This document shows, in pieces, positions 32,201 through 40,400 of a DNA stretch of 64,000 nt. Position numbers and translations under genes: made by a program. The stretch is from IMG/VR virus record IMGVR_UViG_3300032322_002004; one strand, written 5' to 3'. How positions within the stretch are numbered: position 1 is the first letter of the stretch; every line of letters begins with the position of its first letter. The notes beneath the pieces are model-generated. The model had not been told where the DNA came from. It saw only the letters and a list, made by a program, of their open reading frames with translations, and did not search any database. This DNA comes from an uncultured virus (IMG/VR IMGVR_UViG_3300032322_002004) (Duplodnaviria; Heunggongvirae; Uroviricota; Caudoviricetes).

Positions 32201-32344
32201 TTGTACGATATTGGTAACTCTATTCTTGGTGGAGACAGCGTATTCCCTGATGGTCCAGATATCTTGACTATTGCGGTAGCACGTTTGACCGGTAACACTA
32301 CACTTACATCAGCAAAGTTAACGTGGACTGAAGCTCAGGCGTAA
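26243..32344 (+). CDS. Giant (2033 aa) repeat-rich virion structural / fibre protein
   Basis: Many HGFxTGxxVxY...GLxxGxxYYV...IKL repeats, a Gly-rich insert, and IRQTRKYFRYQSGKG. Confidence 0.78.
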   Translation: MAILDITAVGAAGVHGIAKTNVNLDDNYIYYNSLAGEVVPAAFANGSPFIFRSTIGSLGGLTNNSLYYIKTVTGKGFAFSTTLDGTTIDLTSSTAGPVTFNYPFVYNNLLNLDANYPSNQAVKYFTSGTPITGLTSGTTYFLKSSNSGFGQVNLYSFTSHSFTNASTTGATAPALSTLRAAYTSSAWAASAANLNQGAFQGYQDWRVPTTGIYELTVKGAPAGTPPAGGMVGTTGRGAIVKGRVKLNKGEIITIAVGQTGSAGNNGSWASSGGGTFVVRKSTNTPLFVAAGGVANNDQNSGIDGSLNPSGAQSPNSFAVGTLGNGGTGGNSLSGAGGGFLSAGGATTGTYVAVTAGGGFNNGLVGGNGNNGANGGFGGAGGAESLSVGANGGSGGYTGGSGASGRGSGGAGGSYINPIATNVATSNGTYDSLTGFNGVDIVNLNSFNSSNATAGVDVTLISSTLTAFTVHPTIADAQAGTNGISLTAAGTQYHAVVPISLDLTSNIIYNPTGHAFNSGDAVTYTFTGTAPAPITAGTVYYVNTINSYSYKLSTTPSPSFTDVDFTLPGFATDEKLQKVIVNVATDTINIPSHGFLVNQPVNYQISGATLKSITSISRSGTLATATVASHGFVTGQSVNISGSANANLDGTYIVTNTGTNTFTYTTSTSGTLTSIVGGTANVNHNVPISSISRNSGTTVTVNTSYHTFTVGRRVYISGVTSGSTPIPGLNGTFTITAVPNNASFTFTSPVSGSVSATGGTAAVNLAINPLQDNATYYVKTVVDANNIKLSQALNGPAIDFLSEDLATGRPAAGLGTAHSFLYVVVNLTEDSLYIPGHGYVTGTKLVYGVGGGSPIGGLTSGQTYFVIKVDDNIIKLSTTVNGPAINLTTLGSGNHTLTTNAVDFVTNQIAIPDHGFSAGELVQYDSVGQTPINGLVSGNPYYVILIDGNNIALASSLVNALAGTRVDLIASPSPVGTHKILSLTKSPDGTYTVASVPSTTTFTVTANGFVPTIVKAFNPRRVVNLQQNTIQVLSHGFITGTKVTYSHGGDSAIGGLTSGTDYYAINITKDYIRLATSAENASSGVPVTLTSWGAGIAHSLTTSQINGYVTGSGTVSTTSGSTLVNGVGTSFSKILKNGDLFRLFPADTVVSSTNIATSAIAANPTNTFTITAHSFVTGDNVIFETTGTAPTGLVAGYYYFIRKIDNNTIKLFNTAADASSNTNPVTFSNVGSGFVSFHKNTPNAPIIRKITAIGSDLQITVDRPYATSYSGRSYSYATFIYVRPQGYSLHRPFDGGVEMSVGTNTSFGQIIRQTRKYFRYQSGKGLQTSFGINFKPTIDIENLVRESSTTFKCTTRRPHSLISGLTVKISEAETSTGALSTVFNGNFQVTVQDAFTFTCIAATAIPTGVESTAYGFPQFNVLQWQNGAIRAGMFDFQNGMFFEFDGQKLYCVRRSSTQQVAGTASALQGSEFVFGTGTQFTKQLDAGDFIVMRGQTYKISSVLSDTRLTIKPEYKGSSGSEVEFNPGNGTTGVVRTADSTFVIQSHGLTQLLPVVYNSIDGTPIGGLINGRTYYVDVVDNNSFALKATPDAVSDVTISDPGTGFPHSFTPAKSGIIITKTVDTRVPQEEFSIDKLDGTGPTGYNIDLTKIQMAYIDYSWYGAGKIRYGFKTRSGEVQYVHEFIHNNFKLESYFRSGNLPTRYEVATFDTPTYIPFLFHWGTSVIMDGKFDDDKAYLFTQNSQTLQVAGTTAKSFGSRAVDTATERINISSHGFTTGDAVTYQSLQANGQPGNNNLNQQIVAQPATYNFTRLQNNSTLYVRVFDANNIQLHPTLADAGSGTGAGGTNIITFTNNLDGQGNSQYTYYLYPLGSSNNTSGTNYQPLLSLRLSPSVSSGLTGKLGDRDVINRMQLAIKELAVSTTNLVDVKVLINPRLNNLNFAGAAVPSLTQYIQHTLNDTVSGGTQIYNFRAAGGANSAEDSTTVNLSDLYDIGNSILGGDSVFPDGPDILTIAVARLTGNTTLTSAKLTWTEAQA

Positions 32345-32353
32345 GGGGTACAA

Positions 32354-33400
32354 ATGCCAATTAATCGCCTTGGATCTCTTAACCCAGCTGCGGATGTAGC
32401 TGTTGCGCTCTATGCCGCAACATACTCAACGTTGGCTTCTGTTATTGTTTCTAATAAATCAACTAGTACGTCGGTTATACCAAAAGTTGATATTTACATT
32501 GTTCCTTTGGGCGCTTCTGCATCTAATCATGGCTATATTGTTGCAAACTTAGCTGTTGGAGCTGGGCAGTCTTTTGAAACATTTAAATTTGCAATTAATG
32601 CTACAGATACCGTATTTGTAAAATCAACAACAGCAAACGTTTCTTTTTCAATTAATGGGTTACTCCAAGCAGATGACTACAGTGCTGGAGATTACCCTAC
32701 TGTTTTTAGAAACAAAACAATTAGTGGCAACTTCAATACAATTACATTAGAAGCTAATTCAACATCTACACGTCCTGCTTCTGCTCCAGCTGGGTACCTA
32801 CGTTTTAATACTGAATTAAATAAATTAGAAGTAAAAAATAACAATAACAATTGGGAACCACTTGGTACAGGTTTTGGTGCTACTGGCCCTACAGGACCTA
32901 CAGGACCTTCTGGTGGAGCTACAGGCGCTACAGGCGCAACTGGGGCCACCGGAGCAGACGGATCTTCAACTTTTAGTGGGACTACAGATGCTACAGCTGC
33001 GGGAATTACTATTGATGAGGTGGCATATTCCGCTATTGCAAGACTAGTAGTAACTGCTAACGGAACAACTGCATACCAATTTAATAGCCACTATTCAGGA
33101 GATGACCCAACAATTTTTGTTCTTGGTGGGGCAACAATTGCTTTTAATTTATCTGAAGCTAGTCACCCATTTAAACTACAGGAAGACACCGGTTCTGGTT
33201 TTGCAGATATATCAACCGGCCTTACACATGTTACTACTGCTGGAATTGTTACTAATAACGCAAGTGCTCAAGGAAAAACTAATGGAACTTTGTATTGGAA
33301 TGTTCCTATAACAGCGGCATCTGGCGGTTACCGCTATATTTGTGGATCTCACGCTGGTATGACTGGTACTATCACTCACAAGTCATTGAATAGTATTTAA
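32354..33400 (+). CDS. Fibre-like protein with short collagen linker and C-terminal cupredoxin-like domain
   Basis: GATGPTG repeat; SHPF...YICGSHAGM. Confidence 0.7.
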   Translation: MPINRLGSLNPAADVAVALYAATYSTLASVIVSNKSTSTSVIPKVDIYIVPLGASASNHGYIVANLAVGAGQSFETFKFAINATDTVFVKSTTANVSFSINGLLQADDYSAGDYPTVFRNKTISGNFNTITLEANSTSTRPASAPAGYLRFNTELNKLEVKNNNNNWEPLGTGFGATGPTGPTGPSGGATGATGATGATGADGSSTFSGTTDATAAGITIDEVAYSAIARLVVTANGTTAYQFNSHYSGDDPTIFVLGGATIAFNLSEASHPFKLQEDTGSGFADISTGLTHVTTAGIVTNNASAQGKTNGTLYWNVPITAASGGYRYICGSHAGMTGTITHKSLNSI

Positions 33401-33409
33401 GGGGTAATT

Positions 33410-34288
33410 ATGCCAGTAAAAAGACTTGCAATTGCTAATCCATCAGCTAATGTTCAATCTACTTTGTACACCGCTGATGGTGCCTATATTGCTTCTGTAA
33501 TTGCTGCAAATAAAAGTGCTAATTCCATTAACGTTGACATTGCTGTAATACCGGTTGGTGAGACCCTATCTACCGCAGCTTATATTGTTGATAATATAGC
33601 TATTGCTGGTGGCCAATCTTTTGAAACATTTAAATTTGCTTTAAACACTGGGGATAGAATTAGTGTTATATCTAACTCAGCCGCTGCTTCCTTTTTAGCC
33701 ACTGGTTTATATGAAGCTGAAGGTCGACAAATTGTTAGTTACCAATTAGCTGCTCCTAATTACCCACAAATTGGCGATATTTGGATTAATTCTTCTACTC
33801 AAGCAACTTCATTTTGGAATGGATCAACGTGGAGTACTTCTGTAAGCGTTGGTCCAACCGGTCCTACTGGGGCAACTGGAACGGCTGGAACAAACGGAGC
33901 TACCGGAGCAACTGGCCCTACAGGTCCATCCGGAGGTCCTACAGGACCTACTGGAGCTACAGGAACTAATGGTTTAACTATTGTTGACACATTTAACGTA
34001 GTAAACAGCGGAACTGTTGCGTATGTTATTAATGGATCAAGCAATCCAACACTTACTGTTGTTCGCGGTTACTCTTACTTCTTTACAATTAATACTTCTG
34101 GAAGTAACTTCTTCCTTAAGACAGCTGCTGGAATTGGTTTGTCTAATCAATATGGATTAGGTGTTACAAATAACGGAGCTGCTGTAGGTGGTATTCTATG
34201 GACCGTTGACGCTGGAGCACCAAGCACTCTTTACTATAGCTCACAGCAAAACTCTGGACAGACAGGTACTATTAACGTAATCGGATAA
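33410..34288 (+). CDS. Paralog of the preceding gene (collagen linker, degenerate cupredoxin-like C-terminus)
   Basis: Shares GQSFETFKFAxN; ends APSTLYYSSQQNSGQTGTINV. Confidence 0.7.
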   Translation: MPVKRLAIANPSANVQSTLYTADGAYIASVIAANKSANSINVDIAVIPVGETLSTAAYIVDNIAIAGGQSFETFKFALNTGDRISVISNSAAASFLATGLYEAEGRQIVSYQLAAPNYPQIGDIWINSSTQATSFWNGSTWSTSVSVGPTGPTGATGTAGTNGATGATGPTGPSGGPTGPTGATGTNGLTIVDTFNVVNSGTVAYVINGSSNPTLTVVRGYSYFFTINTSGSNFFLKTAAGIGLSNQYGLGVTNNGAAVGGILWTVDAGAPSTLYYSSQQNSGQTGTINVIG

Positions 34289-34300
34289 GAAAGTCGGAGC

Positions 34301-35377
34301 ATGAAAGTAGCTGTTTACTCAATAGCACTTAACGAAGAGAAATTTGTTGAACGGTGGTATCAAAGTGCCAAAGAAGCTGATTATCTACTTATTGCTGACA
34401 CTGGTTCTAGCGACCGCACTGTCGAGCTTGCTAAGTCTCTTGGTATTAATATAGTTGAAATTTCAATTAAACCGTGGAGGTTTGATGATGCTCGTAATGC
34501 TAGTCTCGCTGTTATCCCTAGGGATATTGATTACTGCATTGCTCTGGATCTCGACGAAACTCTAGTCCCGGGCTGGCGCAAACATTTAGAAGTTGCCTAC
34601 AAAAATAAATGGACTCGGCCACGTTATCTATTTACTACTAGCTGGAATCCTGACGGATCCCCCGGCCTTCAATTTAGTGGCATAAGAATTCACGCTAGAG
34701 AAGGCTATCGCTGGGTTTACCCAATTCACGAAGTTCCAGAACCTTATGGCCATATCCCTACCGAAGGATGGATTGAGCTTCAGGCAGAGCACCACCCTGA
34801 TGAGACTAAATCTCGCGGCTCTTACTTACCCCTTTTAGAGACTGCGGCCCGAGAGAAACCAGAAGATGATCGTTGCGCTTTTTACTATGGAAGAGAGCTT
34901 TACTTTCATAACAAGTACAAAGAAGCTTCTGAAGAATTTCAACGTTATCTTGCATTACCTAAAGCTCAATGGTTGCCGCAACGGGCTGCGGCTTATAGGT
35001 ACTTAGCTTTAGTAGACTCTGACAACGCCGAAGACTGGAACCTACGCGCTATTAGCCAAGACCCGACTCGGCGCGAAAACTACGTACAAACGGCTGAGTT
35101 TTATTACAACCACCAACGCTGGGAAGAGTGCTTTAAGTACGCAGAGCTTGCGTTAGCTATTACAGAAAAGCCATTAGATTATTTCTGTGAACCGTGGGCT
35201 TGGGATTTTCGTGCCTATGACTACGCCGCTATTGCCGCCTTTTGGCTTGGCAAAACTGAGCTTGCCCTTGCCTATGGGGAAAAAGCCTTAGAGGTAACCC
35301 CGACAGATGAGCGTTTACAGCGTAACCTTGAGTTCTACAAAGAAAAGGATGGGACAAATGGATCAGACTCTATTTGA
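34301..35377 (+). CDS. Glycosyltransferase family 2 with TPR repeats
   Basis: IALNEE, DTGSSDRT, RFDDARN and LDLDE (DxD) motifs; helical C-terminal TPR-like repeats. Confidence 0.88.
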   Translation: MKVAVYSIALNEEKFVERWYQSAKEADYLLIADTGSSDRTVELAKSLGINIVEISIKPWRFDDARNASLAVIPRDIDYCIALDLDETLVPGWRKHLEVAYKNKWTRPRYLFTTSWNPDGSPGLQFSGIRIHAREGYRWVYPIHEVPEPYGHIPTEGWIELQAEHHPDETKSRGSYLPLLETAAREKPEDDRCAFYYGRELYFHNKYKEASEEFQRYLALPKAQWLPQRAAAYRYLALVDSDNAEDWNLRAISQDPTRRENYVQTAEFYYNHQRWEECFKYAELALAITEKPLDYFCEPWAWDFRAYDYAAIAAFWLGKTELALAYGEKALEVTPTDERLQRNLEFYKEKDGTNGSDSI

Positions 35378-35504
35378 TGCAGCTATTGTAACTCTTACAA
35401 CTGAGCTAGAAGCTGCGACTGATGAGCGAATGAAAGAGCGTCTTCGTGACGCAATTGCTAATCTTAAAGAACAATTTCCTGAATTCGTAGCAGTAGCAGA
35501 ATAA
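35358..35504 (+). CDS. Hypothetical protein (48 aa)
   Basis: MDQTLFDAAIV...; helical; overlaps the end of the GT gene. Confidence 0.5.
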   Translation: MDQTLFDAAIVTLTTELEAATDERMKERLRDAIANLKEQFPEFVAVAE

Positions 35505-35510
35505 ATTTAA

Positions 35511-36032
35511 ATGCGGTCTTACTCTCCCGGTGGCCGGTTTGACGCAGACTTTGAGACAGATGACCTCCTTGTAGGAGTAGACACTGATCTTAAGAACCCT
35601 GTAGGAACTAAGGCTCTTTGGTACGTCTACGACCCTGTGACTTCTGTTATTGACCCTATCTATGATGTAGGTCAAGACATTAGCGGATCAGTTGGCGGTA
35701 AGCGTTGGACGGGCCCATTTGAGCTACCGGTAGTTCGTGCGGTAATCCAACAAGGACAGGTAAGAACCTCTCAGGGCGGTTACTACAACGCCGATATGCT
35801 TCACCTTACTCTTAATATTGAAGACGTTGAAAAGATTGCCCCTAACGTTATAACTAACCCAGACTTTCAAAATAGGGGTAGAATTGTCTGGAAGAATCAG
35901 GTTTACCGTCCATACGGTGTTCAGGAGCGAGGAATCATTGCTGAACGATTTACTCTGTTGGTAGTTGAATGCCAGCAGATCATGCCAGAAGAGATGGTCA
36001 ACGACCCTCAATTCCAGGCATACGCTAACTAA
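35511..36032 (+). CDS. Putative head-closure/neck protein
   Basis: Size, beta-rich sequence and position before the tail genes. Confidence 0.55.
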   Translation: MRSYSPGGRFDADFETDDLLVGVDTDLKNPVGTKALWYVYDPVTSVIDPIYDVGQDISGSVGGKRWTGPFELPVVRAVIQQGQVRTSQGGYYNADMLHLTLNIEDVEKIAPNVITNPDFQNRGRIVWKNQVYRPYGVQERGIIAERFTLLVVECQQIMPEEMVNDPQFQAYAN

Positions 36033-36041
36033 GGAGAGACA

Positions 36042-36320
36042 ATGGCTATCTCACACGCACGAGTTGCTATTAACGCAACAACCCCAGTTCAGGTAACACC
36101 TACAGATGATGACGCAACTACAAGTTGCACTTTGCAAGTACAAAACTTAGGTGACCAAGCAGTTTACTTAGGTGGGGCTGGATTAACAAGCACATCTTAC
36201 GGAGTAAGCATTGTTGCTGGAGGAGCAGTTACCCTCTCCAACCTTGCTCCTAAAGATGAGGTTTACGCACTATCTGCAACCGGTAATTCATATGTTGGGG
36301 TTCTTAAGGTTGTGCGTTAA
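36042..36320 (+). CDS. Small beta-sandwich structural protein
   Basis: AAGGAG RBS; LQVQNLG..VYLGG. Confidence 0.65.
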   Translation: MAISHARVAINATTPVQVTPTDDDATTSCTLQVQNLGDQAVYLGGAGLTSTSYGVSIVAGGAVTLSNLAPKDEVYALSATGNSYVGVLKVVR

Positions 36321-36775
36321 TGGATATTCATTACTCTAACTCAGGAGGGGTTGGCCCACAAGGACCTGCCGGACCCGCAGCTAGCTTTCCAGACCCGATT
36401 GCTTACACACCTGTGTGGTCTGGAACTGGTCTTGCCTTTACTGGTACTCCAGCCACAGGCTCATACATAAAGGTGGGCAAGCTAGTTATCTTTAGATTTA
36501 AAGTGGTATGTACAACCGTTACTAACTTTGGAACTGGTCAATACTCTATTACCCTACCATTTAACGTGGCTACTAACTACCAGTTCAATGATGGTGCTAT
36601 ACATAGGAACTCAAATGATGACCACTACTATTTAAAGGCACATATAGATAGCGGAAACGTTGCAACTCTTTGGACGGGCGCTAGTGCATCAGATACTGTG
36701 TTTGATCACAATAGTCCCTATAATTTAACAACATCAGATTACTTCTATCTAACAGGGACATACGAGGAGGCATAA
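36320..36775 (+). CDS. Fibre-tip-like protein
   Basis: GPQGPAGP start; YTPVW..GSYIKVGKLV...SITLPF...LTGTYE. Confidence 0.65.
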   Translation: MDIHYSNSGGVGPQGPAGPAASFPDPIAYTPVWSGTGLAFTGTPATGSYIKVGKLVIFRFKVVCTTVTNFGTGQYSITLPFNVATNYQFNDGAIHRNSNDDHYYLKAHIDSGNVATLWTGASASDTVFDHNSPYNLTTSDYFYLTGTYEEA

Positions 36776-36942
36776 TGGCACCTAAGAAAAAAGCTTTCTG
36801 GGATAAGAAGGATCCAAGCCCAGAAACTAGTAGTAAACTAAGCAAGAAGCAGAAAGCATCTGCAAAAGCAAAGGCTAAGGCAGCAGGCCGCCCTTACCCT
36901 AACCTTGTCGACAACGCCGCGGCCGCCAGAAAGAAGAAATAA
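36775..36942 (+). CDS. Lys/Ala-rich microprotein (55 aa)
   Basis: TAATG coupling and GAGGAGG RBS; ...KAKAKAAGRPYPNLVDNAAAARKKK; not in the ORF track. Confidence 0.7.
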   Translation: MAPKKKAFWDKKDPSPETSSKLSKKQKASAKAKAKAAGRPYPNLVDNAAAARKKK

Positions 36943-36943
36943 T

Positions 36944-37105
36944 ATGTGCAAAGGATGTGGATGCGGTTGTTCAAAGCCAGGCTGTAAAGGCGCTTGCAAG
37001 AAGACTGCAAAGAAAATGTCACCAAAGCAGAAGAAGCTTGACATGGATAAAGATGGAAAGTTAGAAAAGTCTGACTTTGCTGCCCTACGTAAGAAGAAGA
37101 AGTAA
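36944..37105 (+). CDS. Cys/Lys-rich microprotein with EF-hand-like loop (53 aa)
   Basis: MCKGCGCGCSKPGCKGAC...DMDKDGKLEKSDF. Confidence 0.7.
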   Translation: MCKGCGCGCSKPGCKGACKKTAKKMSPKQKKLDMDKDGKLEKSDFAALRKKKK

Positions 37106-37248
37106 TGTGCGCGACCTGCGGCTGTGGAGCTCCAAAGAACAAGCACGGGATGAAAACCCTACAAGCAGCGAACAAGAAGTTTGCTGCCAAGAAGGCTGCG
37201 CCTGCAAAAACTAAAAAGTCCTCTATGGTCAGAAAGAAGGGCATGTAA
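37105..37248 (+). CDS. Cys/Lys-rich microprotein (47 aa)
   Basis: TAATG coupling at both ends; MCATCGCGAPKNKHG... Confidence 0.7.
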   Translation: MCATCGCGAPKNKHGMKTLQAANKKFAAKKAAPAKTKKSSMVRKKGM

Positions 37249-37439
37249 TGGCTAGCTTTAATTTTGGCAAATACACAGAAGCCAAGGATAAGAAGAAAGA
37301 CGCCAAGATGACTAAGGGTATGACCCCTGCTCAAAAGGCTAAGTTTGAAAAGGCTGACAAAGCCCATAAGAAGCCTAAGACCATGGCAGAAGATAAAAAG
37401 ATGGACGCCAAAATCATTAAGAAGATTAAGAAGAAATAA
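37248..37439 (+). CDS. Lys-rich microprotein (63 aa)
   Basis: TAATG coupling; about one third Lys. Confidence 0.7.
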   Translation: MASFNFGKYTEAKDKKKDAKMTKGMTPAQKAKFEKADKAHKKPKTMAEDKKMDAKIIKKIKKK

Positions 37440-37625
37440 ATGAACAATAAAGCTGGTCTAAAAACCTCACTCGGTAAAGCTGTAAAAATTGCAGCCACTA
37501 AGCCGGTTAAGAACATGAGTTCTACTCAGGTTATGGGTGGGCCAAAGGTTAAAAAGATTGTGACTAAGACCGTTCACTTTGACGGTCCAACACAAACTAC
37601 GGCAAGTAAGCCAAAAAAGAAGTAA
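37440..37625 (+). CDS. Lys-rich microprotein (61 aa)
   Basis: Starts immediately after the previous stop. Confidence 0.65.
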   Translation: MNNKAGLKTSLGKAVKIAATKPVKNMSSTQVMGGPKVKKIVTKTVHFDGPTQTTASKPKKK

Positions 37626-37631
37626 GCGATT

Positions 37632-37660
37632 AGCCCCCGAAAGGGGGCTTCTTGCTTTAT
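37632..37660 (+). terminator. Intrinsic terminator
   Basis: AGCCCCC-GAAA-GGGGGCT then TCTTGCTTT. Confidence 0.75.
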
Positions 37661-37735
37661 CCTTTAAGTGATCCTGTGCGGGATCAAAGCTCTACCCCTG
37701 CGTACTACGTTGCCCTACTCCGATTGGAGATTGCC

Positions 37736-37894
37736 ATGCCCTACGATAAAAAAGTAGATGGTCCTGACACTGTTGAGTTTGTGAAAGCTGCAACTCAAGG
37801 AATGATGTCAGCAAAGGACAGTAAGAAGCTTTGGTATGGCTTAGCGGGTGCGTATACAGCGGGAAGAGTGCTTCGACGTGTTATTAACAAGTGA
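37736..37894 (+). CDS. Hypothetical protein (52 aa)
   Basis: GGAG RBS before the ATG at 37736. Confidence 0.55.
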   Translation: MPYDKKVDGPDTVEFVKAATQGMMSAKDSKKLWYGLAGAYTAGRVLRRVINK

Positions 37895-38213
37895 AGAAGC
37901 CGAAGCCCTTTCTCAAGAAGCAGTCGACGAGATGCTTCCAATACTTACAGAAAGCCTACGCGGCTTCGCCCTATCTGCCGGATGGCCAATCAACCTAGTT
38001 AACGCTTTAGATGTTAGCTATGCCGGCGGGATCCTTTATGTAAGCTGCTCAGACGAAGAAGCAGCAGAGGCTATTGAAGATTTAGAATACGGCAATAACG
38101 GCAGCCCAAATTCAGTTTTGCGCCCTTTTGCTGAAAGAGCAGACAAGTATATTGCTGACATTATTGGCGGTAAGTCTGTTATGTATATCCTTGAAGAAAA
38201 GGTGGGCCTCTAA
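37878..38213 (+). CDS. Hypothetical / neck protein
   Basis: GTG start; DLEYG..PNSVLRPF resembles tail-component motifs. Confidence 0.55.
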   Translation: MLLTSEEAEALSQEAVDEMLPILTESLRGFALSAGWPINLVNALDVSYAGGILYVSCSDEEAAEAIEDLEYGNNGSPNSVLRPFAERADKYIADIIGGKSVMYILEEKVGL

Positions 38214-38836
38214 TGGGTAATCCGTTTATTGTTGCTGAAGACCTTGCTATTAAAACTTTACTGGGCGGTATGACCGTCTCTGATGAAAAGAATGCTGCCC
38301 GACAGGTAAAGGTATGGTTTGGCTACCCTGATGTTGAGGTTCGCACACAGGACTTCCCATTTGTTACAATTGATCTTATTGATATTGTCCCAGCTAACGA
38401 GCGACAAACCCAAGGAAGATTTTCTGACAACGACAACCGCGGAACACAAGCCCCAGTAGGTAACTTTGTTTTTACCTACGACGTCCCTGTTGCCTACGAT
38501 TTGATTTATCAGATTACATCTCATGCCAGACATCCTCGGCATGATCGAGCAATTATGCTCCAATTAATGAGAAAATTTCCATCAAAGTTCGGGTACTTAG
38601 TTGTACCCAATGAGCTAGGGACAGAAAACTCCCGACGCCATATGTTCCTTGATGGATTTGTAAAACGGGATACCGCAGAAAGCGAAACTGGAAACAGACG
38701 TCTTTTGCGTAATGTTCTAACGATTCGTGTAATAAGTGAGATGACGCCTGAACAAGCTACATCTACTCGAATCGCTAGCACAGTCTCTATCAACACTACA
38801 AACTCGGACATCCCTTCTGGATACAACCCGTTATAA
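38213..38836 (+). CDS. Putative tail terminator / completion protein
   Basis: FPFVTI and PVAYDLIYQIT motifs; directly before the sheath gene. Confidence 0.65.
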   Translation: MGNPFIVAEDLAIKTLLGGMTVSDEKNAARQVKVWFGYPDVEVRTQDFPFVTIDLIDIVPANERQTQGRFSDNDNRGTQAPVGNFVFTYDVPVAYDLIYQITSHARHPRHDRAIMLQLMRKFPSKFGYLVVPNELGTENSRRHMFLDGFVKRDTAESETGNRRLLRNVLTIRVISEMTPEQATSTRIASTVSINTTNSDIPSGYNPL

Positions 38837-38873
38837 AATATGGCACCTATGTATACAACTAAGGAGATAAATA

Positions 38874-40385
38874 ATGGCATTTGATCGCCCAGGGGTTTAC
38901 GTCCAAGAGACGCTCAATCCCGTTCAAACAATTGCCGCTCCAACATCAACAACAATTGCTGCTTTCTATGGCGCTAATGATAAAGGCCCATTGACACCAG
39001 CTCTTGTTAACTCTTGGAGCGAGTACACAAAGTACTTTGGTACTTGGAACACAACAGCTGGAAATGAATTACCTCTAGCTGTTTACACATACTTTCAGAA
39101 CGGTGGAAACCGTGCGTACATTGCTCGTGCAGTAGGTGCTGGTGCAGTATCAGCATTTAGATCACTCAATGACCGCGCTGGAACACCTGCCCCAACACTC
39201 CGTATTCAAGCTGCTAATGCTGGAACATGGGGTAATAATCTGAACGTTACTATTACAGACTCAACTACATCTGGTCTGTTTAACATTACCCTTTACCAGG
39301 GTGGAAACACAGACGCGGATATTGTTGAAACATTTACAGATTTGTCTATGACTTCATCAAACCCACGTTATGCGTTGTCTGTTATTAACAGCACATCTAA
39401 CTACGTATTTGCTCTAGATCTAGCATCCTCAGCAACAGGTGCGGTTCGTAACCCAGCAACTGGAACTAACCTATCACTTGCTACAGGAAATAATGGTGGA
39501 ACTATTACTAACATTACTTCTTACAGTGTTTTTGATGCTATTAACACATCATTAACACTTAACGTAGCTGGACGTACTGACGCAACTACTGTAAACGCAG
39601 CAATTTCATACGCAGAAGCTCGCGGAGACATCTTTGTTGTTATTGATGGTTCAGACCTTCCTGTAGGAAACGCAGCAACCTCAAGCACACAGCTAAACCT
39701 AGCTTCAACCTATACACCAAGTGCAGCAGCAGCTGTTTACTACCCACGTATTACTATTGCTGACCCAACAGTTGGTGTAAACGGAGCTTCAACCGCTGTA
39801 CGTACAATTGGTGCCGGAGGAGCAGTCGCTGGTCTTTTCACTGCAACTGATGCTGCTCGTGGAGTGTTTAAAGCACCTGCGGGAGTTCAAGCACGAATTG
39901 CTGGAGCTGTTGGAATTACCTCACTTACAAATGCAGAGCTTGATCTAATGAACTCAACAGCTGCTCCTGTGAACGCAATTAAGTTCATCCCAGGAACAGG
40001 CATTTGTGTTATGGGAGCTCGTACTCTAAAAGCAGGAAAGCTTGATAAGTATGTTCCTACACGTAGAACACTTATCTTCTTGAAGAAGGCACTATCAGAC
40101 CTTACTCAATTTGCTGTATTTGAGCCAAACAACGCTGAAACACGTCGTCGTTTGAACTCAACAATTAGCAGCTTCCTTACAAGTTTCTGGTCACAGGGCG
40201 GTCTAGCTGGGGCAACTCCTCAACAGGCATTCTTTGTCCAAGCTGATTCAGGAAACAATCCGCAGGTATCAATTGACAATGGTGAACTTAACATTGCAGT
40301 TGGTGTTGCACTACAAAGCCCAGCGGAATTCATTGTCATCAAGATCGGTCAGTTTGACGGTGGAACCACCGTTACTGTTGCGTAA
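38874..40385 (+). CDS. Tail sheath protein
   Basis: PGVYVQE N-terminus; RGVFKAPA, GARTL, FAVFEPN and PAEFIVI motifs. Confidence 0.95.
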   Translation: MAFDRPGVYVQETLNPVQTIAAPTSTTIAAFYGANDKGPLTPALVNSWSEYTKYFGTWNTTAGNELPLAVYTYFQNGGNRAYIARAVGAGAVSAFRSLNDRAGTPAPTLRIQAANAGTWGNNLNVTITDSTTSGLFNITLYQGGNTDADIVETFTDLSMTSSNPRYALSVINSTSNYVFALDLASSATGAVRNPATGTNLSLATGNNGGTITNITSYSVFDAINTSLTLNVAGRTDATTVNAAISYAEARGDIFVVIDGSDLPVGNAATSSTQLNLASTYTPSAAAAVYYPRITIADPTVGVNGASTAVRTIGAGGAVAGLFTATDAARGVFKAPAGVQARIAGAVGITSLTNAELDLMNSTAAPVNAIKFIPGTGICVMGARTLKAGKLDKYVPTRRTLIFLKKALSDLTQFAVFEPNNAETRRRLNSTISSFLTSFWSQGGLAGATPQQAFFVQADSGNNPQVSIDNGELNIAVGVALQSPAEFIVIKIGQFDGGTTVTVA

Positions 40386-40400
40386 AGGAGAAAATAAATA

